64,000 nucleotides of DNA from Chloroflexota bacterium (GTDB taxonomy: Bacteria; Chloroflexota; Dehalococcoidia; Dehalococcoidales; SURF-40): assembly GCA_043803245.1 (NCBI GenBank), contig JAZDKE010000008.1, positions 7,088-71,087 on the forward strand, read 5' to 3'. A model generated the notes under the pieces. It ran no database searches. It was given only the letters and a program-made list of their open reading frames with translations, and was not told the DNA's origin. Both the position numbers and the translations under genes were made by a program. Positions 36,815 to 46,471 of this stretch are shown piece by piece; within the stretch, counting starts at the first letter, position 1, and the number at the start of each line of letters is the position of its first letter.

Positions 36815-39800
36815 TCATTTTTCTAGGTCGCAGCGCAGGCAGCGCTTGGCCTCGTACCGGGCCTGCTCCTCGCTGAAACCCATCTCGATTTCGTAAAAGC
36901 TCTTCTTGCGTTCCGGGACCGCCCGGGTGGGCATCTTTGCCCTGGGCTGCTCTCCGGGCGTGGCCGCTTCTTCCTCAGCCGCCTTTTCCGTGACCACCGG
37001 CACCCTTAAATCGTAGAGGTCTACCCGGGAAGTATCACCCCGTAGATATTTGTCAATGGCGGTAGCCCCCCGCCGGCCGGCGGCCACCGCCGCTACCACC
37101 ATACCCGGGCCGCTCACGAAATCTCCCCCGGCGAAGACCCCCGGCACGTTGGTGGCGAGCGAGTTAGTGTCCACCACCAGCGTCTCCCAGCGGGTGCGTT
37201 CCAGGGCGCTATCGCGGGGCAGGAAGGAGAGGTCCGGGGCCTGGCCCACCGCGGCAATCACGGTGTCGGCGGGGACAAAGAACTCGGAGCCCGTGACGGG
37301 GATAGGCCGGCGGCGGCCACTCTCATCACGCTCCCCGAGCTGCATGCGGGTGCACTGGAGTCCGGTGACCCGCCAGTTATCGTTTTCCACCCGGGTGGGG
37401 CTGACCAGGAAATTCATGTTGATGCCCTCGGCGACGGCTTCATCATATTCCACTTCGGTGACCGGCATCTCTTCGAGCGAACGCCGGTAGTAGATATTCA
37501 CTTCCTCTGCACCCAGGCGCAGGGCGGTGCGGGCTGAGTCTAAGGCCACATTGCCGCCGCCGATAACCGCCACGCGCTTACCGACGCTTACCGGACGGCC
37601 CACCTTGACATCTCTCAGGAACCGCAGCCCGTAGTAGAAGCTCTCGATGTCCTCCAGCTCGCCGGGGATACCCACGCGCTGGCTGGTCTGCGCCCCGGCG
37701 GCGATGAAGACCGCCTTAAAGCCTTCTTTTTTCAGGTCGTCAACGGTGTAATTGATGTTAATCGGCGTGTTGTACCTGATTTCCACGCCGCGCTTGATGA
37801 TGTAATCGATGTCCTGCTGGATGGCCTCGCGGGGCAGCCGGAACTCCGGCAGGGCTATTGCCAGCATGCCGCCGGCTACCGGCAGGGCTTCAAAGACGGT
37901 TACGGGATAGCCTATCTGAGCCAGAAAGTAGGCACAGCTTAAGCCGGTGGGCCCGCCGCCCACCACCGCCACTCTATGGGAATGGGTACGTGGGAAAGGC
38001 TCGGGTTCCGGCAGCGGGTGGCCGGCGTACCAGTCGGCGGCAAAGCGTTTCAGCTCCCGGATGGCAATCGGCGCTTCCAGTTCGCCCCGCCGGCAGCGTC
38101 CCTCGCAGGGATGGTGACAGATGCGGCCACAGATGGCGGCGAAGGGGTTGCGCTCTCTTATGGTGTTAATCGAGGCCAGGTAATCGCCCTCGGCGATGGC
38201 CGCCACGTACCTCGGGACATTGATGCCTACCGGGCAGGTGTGCTGGCAGGGTGATATCATCAGGGCGTCGCAGACCGCCGCCGGGCACTTCTTGTCCCGG
38301 ATGTGGGCGTCATATTCGGCGCGGAAATACTTGATGGTGGAGAGCACCGGATTGGGCGCCGTCTGCCCGAGACCGCAGAGGGAAGTCTCCTTCACCCCCC
38401 GGGCGATGATTTCCAGAAGTTCTATGTCGCCGGTTTGCCCCTTCCCCTCGGTGATTCGGGTCAGGATTTCCAGCATCTGCCGGGTGCCCAGACGGCAGGG
38501 GGTGCACTTGCCGCAGGACTCGCTCTGGGTAAAGCTGATAAAGAAGCGGGCTACGTCAACGATGCAGGTGTTTTCGTCCATGACCACCATGCCGCCCGAG
38601 CCCATAATCGAGCCCAGCTTCGCCAGGCTATCGTAATCAACCGGGGTATCGATTAGCTGGGCGGGGATGCAGCCGCCCGAAGGCCCGCCGGTCTGCACCG
38701 CCTTGAGCTGCTTGCCGCGCGGGATGCCGCCCCCGATATCGTAGATGATGTGGGACAGGGGCGTGCCCATGGGCACTTCCACCAGGCCGCTGTTGGCAAT
38801 CTTGCCGGTAAGCGCAAAAACTGCCGTCCCCTTGCTTTTTTCGGTGCCGTAGCCGGCGAACCAGTCGGCGCCGCGCTCGATGATAACCGGGATGGTGGCC
38901 AGTGTCTTGGTGTTGTTGATATTACTCGGTTTACCGTTGATGCCGGACTGGGCCGGGAAAGGCGGGCGGGGGCGCGGCATGCCCCGATGGCTTTCAATCG
39001 AAGCCATTAAAGCCGTCTCCTCGCCGCAGACGAAAGCCCCGGCCCCCTCCTTGAGGTGTATCTCAAAGCCGAAGCCGCTACCCAGGATATTCCGCCCGGA
39101 AAAACCGCGCGAGCGGGCCTGCTCCAGGGCCGTAATAAGCCGCTTAACCGCCAGGGGGTACTCGGCGCGCACGTAGATAAAGCCTTCGCTGGCGCCGATG
39201 GCGTAGGCGGCGATGGTCAGCCCTTCGATGACGGCGTGGGGGTCGGCTTCCAGAATGGAGCGGTCCATAAAAGCGCCCGGGTCGCCTTCGTCGGCGTTGC
39301 AGATGACGTACTTGGGCTCACCCGGCGCTTTACGGCAGAAGTCCCACTTTGTGCCGGTGGGAAAACCGGCGCCGCCGCGCCCGCGCAGCCCCGACCTCTT
39401 CACTTCCTCGATAACCGCTTCCGGCTTCATCCCAAAAGCCTTGCGTAGCGCCCGATAGCCGCCCCGCGCCAGGTAATCATCAATCTTCTCCGGGTCGATG
39501 TAGCCGCAGTTACGCAGGACGATGCGTTCCTGTCGCTGGTAGAACTTGATGTCCGGGTAGTGGGGCACCACCTGGCCGGTCATGGGGTCGGTGTAAAGCA
39601 GGCGCTCCACCAGCTCGTGGCCTTTTAAGTGCCGCTCGGCGATTTCGTCGGCGTCGTCGGCCGAAACCTGGCAGTAGAAGACCCCTTCCGGCTCTACAAT
39701 GACGGTGGGGCCCTGCTGGCAGAAGCCGTGACAGCCGGTCGATTTAACTTTCACCCTGAGCCCCAGCCGGCTAATCGCCTCTTCCAGGCGCTGGCGGACC

Positions 39801-39919
39801 TGCTCGGAACCGGGGCAGCCCGAACCGCAGCAGATACGCAGCTCCCGCGCTTCCCCTTTGGTCCCGGGGGCTTTTTTGCGTTCCAGGGTTAGAAGGGCAG
39901 CCGCTTCCCTGCGTGCCAT
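36815..39919 (-). CDS. fusion protein: Trx-like [2Fe-2S] domain + NuoF/HydB-like NADH:FMN module + GltD/NfnB-like NAD(P)H:FAD module
   Basis: 1034 aa. CCGSGC...CHGFCQQGP; GLRGRGGAGFPTGTKW; NADEGDPGAFMDR; ESCGKCTPCRLGT; GRICHHPCEGRC; VAVVGGGPTGLS and VAVIGGGNVALD. Confidence 0.85.
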   Translation of the reverse strand: MARREAAALLTLERKKAPGTKGEARELRICCGSGCPGSEQVRQRLEEAISRLGLRVKVKSTGCHGFCQQGPTVIVEPEGVFYCQVSADDADEIAERHLKGHELVERLLYTDPMTGQVVPHYPDIKFYQRQERIVLRNCGYIDPEKIDDYLARGGYRALRKAFGMKPEAVIEEVKRSGLRGRGGAGFPTGTKWDFCRKAPGEPKYVICNADEGDPGAFMDRSILEADPHAVIEGLTIAAYAIGASEGFIYVRAEYPLAVKRLITALEQARSRGFSGRNILGSGFGFEIHLKEGAGAFVCGEETALMASIESHRGMPRPRPPFPAQSGINGKPSNINNTKTLATIPVIIERGADWFAGYGTEKSKGTAVFALTGKIANSGLVEVPMGTPLSHIIYDIGGGIPRGKQLKAVQTGGPSGGCIPAQLIDTPVDYDSLAKLGSIMGSGGMVVMDENTCIVDVARFFISFTQSESCGKCTPCRLGTRQMLEILTRITEGKGQTGDIELLEIIARGVKETSLCGLGQTAPNPVLSTIKYFRAEYDAHIRDKKCPAAVCDALMISPCQHTCPVGINVPRYVAAIAEGDYLASINTIRERNPFAAICGRICHHPCEGRCRRGELEAPIAIRELKRFAADWYAGHPLPEPEPFPRTHSHRVAVVGGGPTGLSCAYFLAQIGYPVTVFEALPVAGGMLAIALPEFRLPREAIQQDIDYIIKRGVEIRYNTPININYTVDDLKKEGFKAVFIAAGAQTSQRVGIPGELEDIESFYYGLRFLRDVKVGRPVSVGKRVAVIGGGNVALDSARTALRLGAEEVNIYYRRSLEEMPVTEVEYDEAVAEGINMNFLVSPTRVENDNWRVTGLQCTRMQLGERDESGRRRPIPVTGSEFFVPADTVIAAVGQAPDLSFLPRDSALERTRWETLVVDTNSLATNVPGVFAGGDFVSGPGMVVAAVAAGRRGATAIDKYLRGDTSRVDLYDLRVPVVTEKAAEEEAATPGEQPRAKMPTRAVPERKKSFYEIEMGFSEEQARYEAKRCLRCDLEK

Positions 39920-39920
39920 C

Positions 39921-40406
39921 TCATCGCTCCTCGTACTGGTCGAATATCGCGGTAAGTTTTTTGGGGTTCAGCTTGCCGTAGATGGTATTGCCGACGACCA
40001 TGTTGGGCGCCAGGGCGCAACAGCCGATGCAGGCCACCGTTTCCAGGCTGTACTTATAGTCCGGCGTGGTCTCGTTTTCCTTAATACCCAGACGTTGCCT
40101 GGCCAGTTTCAGTATCGTTTTACTGCCTCTCACGTGGCAGGCGGTACCCCGGCAGACCCTCACGATATGCTGGCCGCGCGGCGTGGTGTAAAACTGCGAA
40201 TAGAAGGTAATCACGCCCTGCACCTGGGAAGGGAAAAGCCCCAGGCTCGCGGCGATGGGACGGACGGCACCGGCAGGAATGTAGCCGAATGCCTCCTGGA
40301 TTTTTTGCAGCAGCGGTATCAGGGCCCACTTCTGGCCCCGGTGCCGGTCGATAATTTCCTGGACCTGCCCGGGTCCAGGCTCGGCGATGGTCTTCGTCTC
40401 AATCAT
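39921..40406 (-). CDS. NuoE/HydC-like [2Fe-2S] thioredoxin-fold subunit
   Basis: 161 aa. RVCRGTACHVRGS and CIGCCALAPNMVV. The gap to the next gene is 1 nt. Confidence 0.85.
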   Translation of the reverse strand: MIETKTIAEPGPGQVQEIIDRHRGQKWALIPLLQKIQEAFGYIPAGAVRPIAASLGLFPSQVQGVITFYSQFYTTPRGQHIVRVCRGTACHVRGSKTILKLARQRLGIKENETTPDYKYSLETVACIGCCALAPNMVVGNTIYGKLNPKKLTAIFDQYEER

Positions 40407-40474
40407 CAGTTTTCATCTTACTCGACTATTGTCAGAGACTTGGACGATAGCATCGCTCAGCCAAGTCTTTAACT

Positions 40475-43075
40475 TCACACATCGGCTTTTAGCTTTTCAA
40501 TCTTCACCCTGACGTTCCCAAGCGCCGGACTCCGGGAAACCGGGTCAAGAACCGTGTCAAAAAGCCCGGCGACCGGCGTACCGGGGAAGGAATCAGCGAT
40601 AAAGAGGACCCCCGGCTCAAGCTCGTGGCTAAAGCGGACCGAGGTATTGAGTTCCCCCGAGAGGGAGATGAGGCGCACCCGGTCGCCGGAACTCAGTCCC
40701 GCGGCCCGGCCGTCAGACTCGGTCATCTCCAGAAAAGCCTCAGGGCACCATTTACCCAGGCGCGCCGAGCGGGAGCTCCGGGTGCCGGAACTCTGGTGGA
40801 ACTGGCTTGCGCCGGTGAGCAGGGTAAAGGGATATTCACCGCTACTCGGAGTTGGCGCTCGCGGCGCCACCGGCTGAAAGCTTGCTTTACCCGGGGCCGG
40901 TCGGGCGACTGCCCCAGACCGGACGCGGTAGGCGGGCACCATCTCCTTAATTTCAGCCATAACTTCAGCCGGGGAGGCATAAGGCATCGGCCTGCCCATC
41001 TTCTCTGCCAGCTTGAGTATTATCTCCCAGTCGGGCAGGGCTTGGCCCGGGCTTTCAAACGCCCGGTTTAAGGGCTGCACCCGGCCTTCGAAATTGGTGA
41101 AGGTGCCCTCCTTTTCGGCAAAACTGGCCGCGGGCAAAACCACGCTGGCAAGCTTGGCCGTCTCGTTCAAGAACAGGTCCTGGACGACCAGGAACTCCAG
41201 CGACTCAAGTGCCTTTCGGGTGCGGGTCGGCGCCGGGAAGCTCAAAACCGGGTTCTCCCCGACGATGTACATTGCCTTGAGTTTTCCCCCGGCCGCAGCC
41301 GCAATCATCTCCAGAGCGGTGAGACCGGGCTTTGCCGGTAACTTAGCGCCCCAGCGCTCCTCGAATATTTTCCGGGGACGTGCCGCAAGTTCCTGGTAGC
41401 CGGGTAGATAGTCGGGCAGAACGCCCATGTCGGCGGCGCCCCGGCCGTTACAGTCCGTCTGGGGGGCATAGACCGCCTCACGGTTACCGGTAAGCAGCGC
41501 CAGGTTGGCCAGCGCCATTACGGCATCGGTGGCGTTCGCCTCGCGGCTAAGACTGTTGCCAGCGATGAAGGCCACCCGCCCGGCGCTGCCGATAAGCTCC
41601 GCCGCGGTCGCAAGCTCTTCCTCGGGGACGCCGGTGAAAGCGGCCACGTAGTCCGCCGGGTACTCTTCCAGTCCCTTAAGGAACTCTTCATAGCCACTGA
41701 TGGCGCTAACTTTCTCCCGGTCATACCAGCTCCCGTTAACGATTGCCCGGGCCAGGCCGCTGAGCAAGGCGGCGTCAGTGCCGGGGCGGGGCCGAAGGTG
41801 GAGCTGGGCAAAGGGGCCAAGCCGGGTCTCACGCGGGTCAATGATAATCAAGCGGCGCCCCTGGAATTTGGCGGCGCGTTTTACCGTGTAGCTCAGGATG
41901 GGCGCGCTGGCCTCAAGGTCAGCACCGCAGGCCAGTATCACCGGCGAACTTTCCAGCTCCGTCATGAGGCCGGTGGCCACCGGTGAGCCGAGGACTCTCT
42001 CGAACGCCGCGCGGCTGGCCTCGTTTTGGAGACGTCCGCCATTATCGAGGTTGTTGGTGCCCAGCAGGCCGCGCCCCAGCCTCTGGAGCAGGTAGTTTTC
42101 CTCGTTGGTCAGGCGGCTACCGCCCAGGATGGCCAGGCTGTCCGGTCCAGCGGTATCGCGGATGCGGCCAAACTCCCCGGCCACGAGCTTCAGGGCTTCA
42201 TCCCAGGAAATTTCTTCGAATCCGGTCGCCGTTTTCTTGAGGGGGTGTTTCAGCCGCTCCGGGCTGTTAACGAAATCGCAGCCGTAGCTTCCCCGGACAC
42301 AGAGGGCACCCCGGTTGGCGCCGTGGGCGGTGGGCAGAACGCGCACCAGTCGGTTAGCTTTATAGCCCAGGGAAAGGGTGCAACCGCAGCCGCAGTAGGG
42401 GCACACCGAGCCCACCGAGGTTACCGTGGTCCCCCGGGCGATTTTATCTTTCTCCATGATGGCGCCGGTGGGACAGGCGGCCAGGCAGGTGCCGCAGAAA
42501 GTACATTCCGACTTTTCCAGGGGCAGGTCGCCCAGCGTGGCGGGCCTGGCGCTGAAGCCCCGGTGGAGATAGTCGATGGCCCCGACCACTACCAGTTCCT
42601 GGTCGGCGCGAATACACCGGGCGCACAGGATACACTTGCTCAAATCCCTTTCCAGGAAGGGGTTCAACTCCTGGATTACCGCCGGCTGCGGGATTCTCTC
42701 CAGGTCGATGAAACCGACGCCCAGGTCGGCGGCAATCTGCCGCAGCGAGCAGCGGTTGCCCTTGTCGCAGACCATGCAGCTGTCGGGGTGGCTGGCCAGC
42801 AGGAGCTTGAGCAATAGCCGCCGACGCTCCAGCACCCGGGGCGACACCGTATTGATGACCATGCCCGGCGCGATGGGTGTGACGCAGCTGGCCAGCAGCG
42901 TCCCATTAGCCTCGTTCTCCACGATGCAGACGCGGCAGGCGCCATAGGGTTTCAGATTGGGGTCGTCGCACAGGGTGGGTATGTCCACGCCGGCTTCCCG
43001 CGCCAGCTCCAGCACGGTCATGGCGGGGCGGCCGCTCACTTCCCGACCATTAAGCGTGATGGTAATCGTTTCCAA
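40475..43075 (-). CDS. NuoG/FdhA-like molybdopterin-fold protein with N-terminal [2Fe-2S] and [4Fe-4S] domains. The catalytic Cys/Sec-His pair is replaced.
   Basis: 866 aa. CDDPNLKPYGACRVC, CILCARC, CTFCGTCLAACP and CPYCGCGC. Where formate dehydrogenases have ...DHCARL(C/U)HS..., this protein has TNNLDNGGRLQNEAS. TTG start. Confidence 0.8.
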   Translation of the reverse strand: METITITLNGREVSGRPAMTVLELAREAGVDIPTLCDDPNLKPYGACRVCIVENEANGTLLASCVTPIAPGMVINTVSPRVLERRRLLLKLLLASHPDSCMVCDKGNRCSLRQIAADLGVGFIDLERIPQPAVIQELNPFLERDLSKCILCARCIRADQELVVVGAIDYLHRGFSARPATLGDLPLEKSECTFCGTCLAACPTGAIMEKDKIARGTTVTSVGSVCPYCGCGCTLSLGYKANRLVRVLPTAHGANRGALCVRGSYGCDFVNSPERLKHPLKKTATGFEEISWDEALKLVAGEFGRIRDTAGPDSLAILGGSRLTNEENYLLQRLGRGLLGTNNLDNGGRLQNEASRAAFERVLGSPVATGLMTELESSPVILACGADLEASAPILSYTVKRAAKFQGRRLIIIDPRETRLGPFAQLHLRPRPGTDAALLSGLARAIVNGSWYDREKVSAISGYEEFLKGLEEYPADYVAAFTGVPEEELATAAELIGSAGRVAFIAGNSLSREANATDAVMALANLALLTGNREAVYAPQTDCNGRGAADMGVLPDYLPGYQELAARPRKIFEERWGAKLPAKPGLTALEMIAAAAGGKLKAMYIVGENPVLSFPAPTRTRKALESLEFLVVQDLFLNETAKLASVVLPAASFAEKEGTFTNFEGRVQPLNRAFESPGQALPDWEIILKLAEKMGRPMPYASPAEVMAEIKEMVPAYRVRSGAVARPAPGKASFQPVAPRAPTPSSGEYPFTLLTGASQFHQSSGTRSSRSARLGKWCPEAFLEMTESDGRAAGLSSGDRVRLISLSGELNTSVRFSHELEPGVLFIADSFPGTPVAGLFDTVLDPVSRSPALGNVRVKIEKLKADV

Positions 43076-43242
43076 ATCCGCCTCTCTTTAAGCCGATGAT
43101 GCTAGTGTCTAGTTTCTGAAGTAGCTTTCATTTTGGGGAAGACGGGATGGCTCTGAAAACACCCGTTTTTCGACTCTACTCTGCCCGCGGTTCATGAAAC
43201 TTATTTACGGGACTGCACACTGGGGCGGCCTGCCCCCGAGAG

Positions 43243-43626
43243 CTAGACGTACCTTCCAACTGCCTTGAGCAGTTCCGCCGGGCTTACCGGCTTGTCGAGA
43301 TAGTCCTCGGTATCCAGGTCGAAACCCCGGCTCCTCGGTATCGCCGTCCCCTGCCCTTTCTGGGCAAAGCTGGTGAGCATGATGACCGGGATTTTGGCCA
43401 GTGCCGGGTCTTTCTTGAGCTGTTCCGCCGCGGTAAAGCCGTCCTTTACCGGCATAATCACGTCCAGTATTATGAGGTCAGGTTTTTCCTTCCTGGCCAT
43501 TATCAGTCCTGCTTCACCATCATCGGCGGTAATAATCTCGTAGTGCCGGCTTTCCAGGATAGTCCTGGTGGCGCTAACGAAGTCCGGGTCGTCATCGACC
43601 AGCAGAATCTTGGCTTTTTTGTCCAT
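43243..43626 (-). CDS. response regulator (receiver domain only)
   Basis: 127 aa. KILLVDDDPD, PDLIILDVIMP and a conserved K (YLDKP). Confidence 0.85.
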   Translation of the reverse strand: MDKKAKILLVDDDPDFVSATRTILESRHYEIITADDGEAGLIMARKEKPDLIILDVIMPVKDGFTAAEQLKKDPALAKIPVIMLTSFAQKGQGTAIPRSRGFDLDTEDYLDKPVSPAELLKAVGRYV

Positions 43627-43658
43627 TCTCTAAACTCCTCTCTAAAACTAAAGCCCGG

Positions 43659-44129
43659 TCACTTCTTGGACGGCTGGTTCTTTTCGAGAAGCTTTGTCAC
43701 CTTCCGCAGGATGATATCGGGGGAAAAGGGTTTTTCCACCAGGTCGTCGACCAGGACATCGGGAGAAGTCTTTTTCTCCACGTAGCCGGCCACGTCCAGA
43801 CTGACACCGGTCTCCAGCTCGTAGCGGCGGCGGCTGGCTTCTTCCCTGATTGAGCTTAAAATCATGATGGGCGTGTTACGGAATTCCGACCATTTCGAAT
43901 CCCGGAGTTCCCGCAACACCGCAAAACCGTCCATTTTCGGCATCATCAGGTCCATAATCATCAGGTCGGGCTTCTGGGCCTTGAGACAGGCCAGTCCCTC
44001 GATGCCGTCCCAGGCTGAAATCACCTGGTAGCCATTCGATTCTAAAATCATGCTGAGGGCTTCGTGAATATCCGGGTCATCATCGACCACCAGGATTTTC
44101 TTCGGCGCCTTTTCTCCCCTGGACTTCAT
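43659..44129 (-). CDS. response regulator (receiver domain only, with a C-terminal tail)
   Basis: 156 aa. KILVVDDDPDI, PDLMIMDLMMP and YVEKKTSP. Confidence 0.85.
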   Translation of the reverse strand: MKSRGEKAPKKILVVDDDPDIHEALSMILESNGYQVISAWDGIEGLACLKAQKPDLMIMDLMMPKMDGFAVLRELRDSKWSEFRNTPIMILSSIREEASRRRYELETGVSLDVAGYVEKKTSPDVLVDDLVEKPFSPDIILRKVTKLLEKNQPSKK

Positions 44130-44203
44130 ACCGCTTACCGCCGGCTCCTTTCTATCCGTCCCGAACGATACCGGCCCCGTTAATCCGGCAACATCGCCCG
44201 GGA

Positions 44204-45433
44204 TTAATTTTTGGGCAGGGTAAAAACAAACTTGCTCCCCTGGCCGCTTTCCGGGCAGGGACTCTCAACCCAGATGCGCCCACCGTGAGCTTCGATGACC
44301 CTCTTGGCGATGGCCAGTCCCAGGCCGGTACCTTTGGTATGACGGGCGTTGCTTGCCCGGAAAAACTCATGGAAAATATTGGGCAGTTCCTCCGGGGGAA
44401 TGCCAATCCCGGTGTCGAGACATTCGAACTGGAAGCACTCTGACCCATTGACCACCCTGAGCTTCACCGAACCACCCGGCTCGGTATAGGTTATGGCGTT
44501 GGAGAGCAGATGGGTGATGACGTGCTGCAGGCGGCTGCCGCAGGCGTTCAAAGGAGGCAGCTCGTCCGGTATCTCGCTGCTCAAGACGATGCTTCTCTTC
44601 TCCGCAAGGTTGCCCGCGGTTTCCAGGCAGGTGTCGAGCAGCCCCCGCAGGTTAATCAGCTCCATCTCGGTAACGACGTTGCCCACCGTGATTTTGGACA
44701 TGTCCAGCAGGTCGCTGATTAACTCCAGCAGCTCCCTGACCCTGGTAGAGCACCTTCCCAGGATGTTCTGCTGCTTTTCGTTAAGCCCTCCGGCATAACC
44801 ATCGAGCAACACGCTAAAATAGGTCTGGACGGCGCTGAGCGGCGCTTTGAGGTCGTGGGCTGCCATGGAGAGGAATCGAAAGAGATTCTGGCGTTCATCC
44901 CCCAGATGGGCGAGGTCAATATTACACTGCTGTAGATTCTGGCTTACCTGCTCGTGTAGTCGAGCTTTCTCCAAAGCCAGAGCACCCAGGCTGGCGACAC
45001 CATCGACAAAATTGATTTCCTCGGCTGTGAAAACGCGGGGCTTGGCGGTGTAGACTCTGATTACGCCCAGCAATTTATCGTCAATCTTGACTGGCACCGA
45101 GAGTATCGAGGCGATGCCCTCCTCAACTCTTAGTTGGCGGTACTTGACGGTTTCGTCTTTTGTGGCGTTCAGGATTTGGGCCGGTTTGCCGGCCATCGCC
45201 TGGGCGATGCTTTTATCGGACAGCAGCGGTCCCTCTTTCATGTAGCGGTCACTGAGACCGTAGGTGGCACTGGGTACCAATCTTTTTTTGTCTTCGCTAA
45301 TGAGTAGCAGGCAGCAACCCTTGGCATCTACGATGCGGGCGGTGCTTTCCACAACCGCCCGCAGGACTTCATCGGCCGAAAGCGAGGAGCTTATCCGCTT
45401 GGTAACTTCAAACAGAATCTGCGGGTACTGCAT
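44204..45433 (-). CDS. GAF-domain sensor histidine kinase
   Basis: H-box MAAHDLKAPLSAV and ATPase motifs GTGLGLAIAKRVIEAHGG. I prefer ATG 45433 (SD GGGGGAG); the track ORF extends to 45511. Confidence 0.85.
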   Translation of the reverse strand: MQYPQILFEVTKRISSSLSADEVLRAVVESTARIVDAKGCCLLLISEDKKRLVPSATYGLSDRYMKEGPLLSDKSIAQAMAGKPAQILNATKDETVKYRQLRVEEGIASILSVPVKIDDKLLGVIRVYTAKPRVFTAEEINFVDGVASLGALALEKARLHEQVSQNLQQCNIDLAHLGDERQNLFRFLSMAAHDLKAPLSAVQTYFSVLLDGYAGGLNEKQQNILGRCSTRVRELLELISDLLDMSKITVGNVVTEMELINLRGLLDTCLETAGNLAEKRSIVLSSEIPDELPPLNACGSRLQHVITHLLSNAITYTEPGGSVKLRVVNGSECFQFECLDTGIGIPPEELPNIFHEFFRASNARHTKGTGLGLAIAKRVIEAHGGRIWVESPCPESGQGSKFVFTLPKN

Positions 45434-45743
45434 GCCGCTCCCCCGGTTTGCGGGATACCGGCTTAATCTAGCGCCGCTAAACCACCAATTCCCCGGATGC
45501 CAAAATACCAAAATCGCTGGCGTTTAAAGGTGCGGTAATTTTACGGTGTCTTCCGGCTTAAGAGTTGGAACAAATACCCCCGGGCTGATAAAAGCTGGGG
45601 CATAACGGATTTTGCTCCTTTCTCGCCGAAATGAGGCCAGCCGAGATAGCAGGACTCGGTGAACAGGCTAAATTGTAGTATCTGTTACCGGCTTTGTCAA
45701 GCGGGGTTTGCACTTGGGATTTAGAACTGGAATAATGGCCGTG

Positions 45744-46448
45744 CTAGCTCTCCCTGGTCGCCACGCAGACCGTCGCCGCGCCGAGAAAGAGGCGATAAAT
45801 CTCGACTCTGGCCAGCCCCGCCCTTCGCATAATTTCGGCCACTTTTTCCGGTGGCGGAAATTCCAGGATGGAATCCGGGAGATAGGTGTAGGCGGCCCGA
45901 TTCCCCGATACCAGGCCACCGATTAGAGGTGCCAGGTGGCAAAGATGGAGATAGTATATCCGGCGCACCAGGGGCGACTTCGGGCGGGTTAGCTCCAGGG
46001 AAACCGCCCGCCCGCCTGGTTTTATTACCCGGGCCATCTCCTGAAATAGGCGTTCGAGGCTGGTGACCTTGCGCAGGGCATAGCCGATGGCAACGCTATC
46101 GAAGGTACCGTCGGGGAAGGGAAGGTTCAGGGCGTCCCCCAGCACCAGCTCAATAGGCTCGTCAGGGTGTTTGGCCAGTTTCCTCCGGGCCTGGGCCAGC
46201 ATTTCGGGGCTGAAGTCTAGGCCGACCACCCTCTGTGGACGGTGCTTGCGGACGATGTCCCGCGCCATTTCTCCGGTACCGGTGGCCAGGTCGAGCACCA
46301 GCCCGCCGGCTCTGGGGCAGCATTTTGCGACGGCAAAAGCCCGCCAGCTCCGGTCCATGCCAAAGCTGAGAGCGTGGTTCAGAAGGTCATAGCGGGCGGC
46401 GATGGCGGCGAACATCTTTCGCACCCTGGCCCTTTTATCGCGGGACAT
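45744..46448 (-). CDS. ubiE: UbiE/MenG-family (demethylmenaquinone) SAM-dependent methyltransferase
   Basis: 234 aa. FAAIAARYDLLNHALSFGMDRSWR and VLDLATGTG. Confidence 0.8.
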   Translation of the reverse strand: MSRDKRARVRKMFAAIAARYDLLNHALSFGMDRSWRAFAVAKCCPRAGGLVLDLATGTGEMARDIVRKHRPQRVVGLDFSPEMLAQARRKLAKHPDEPIELVLGDALNLPFPDGTFDSVAIGYALRKVTSLERLFQEMARVIKPGGRAVSLELTRPKSPLVRRIYYLHLCHLAPLIGGLVSGNRAAYTYLPDSILEFPPPEKVAEIMRRAGLARVEIYRLFLGAATVCVATRES

Positions 46449-46471
46449 GCTGGCTCCTTTACTTTCCGGTT

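Noticed and set aside
40475-43075. Selenocysteine-containing formate dehydrogenase, considered because tRNA-Sec is in the window
   Set aside because: The ORF is uninterrupted, with no in-frame TGA. The position aligned to Sec/Cys-His reads Gln-Asn.
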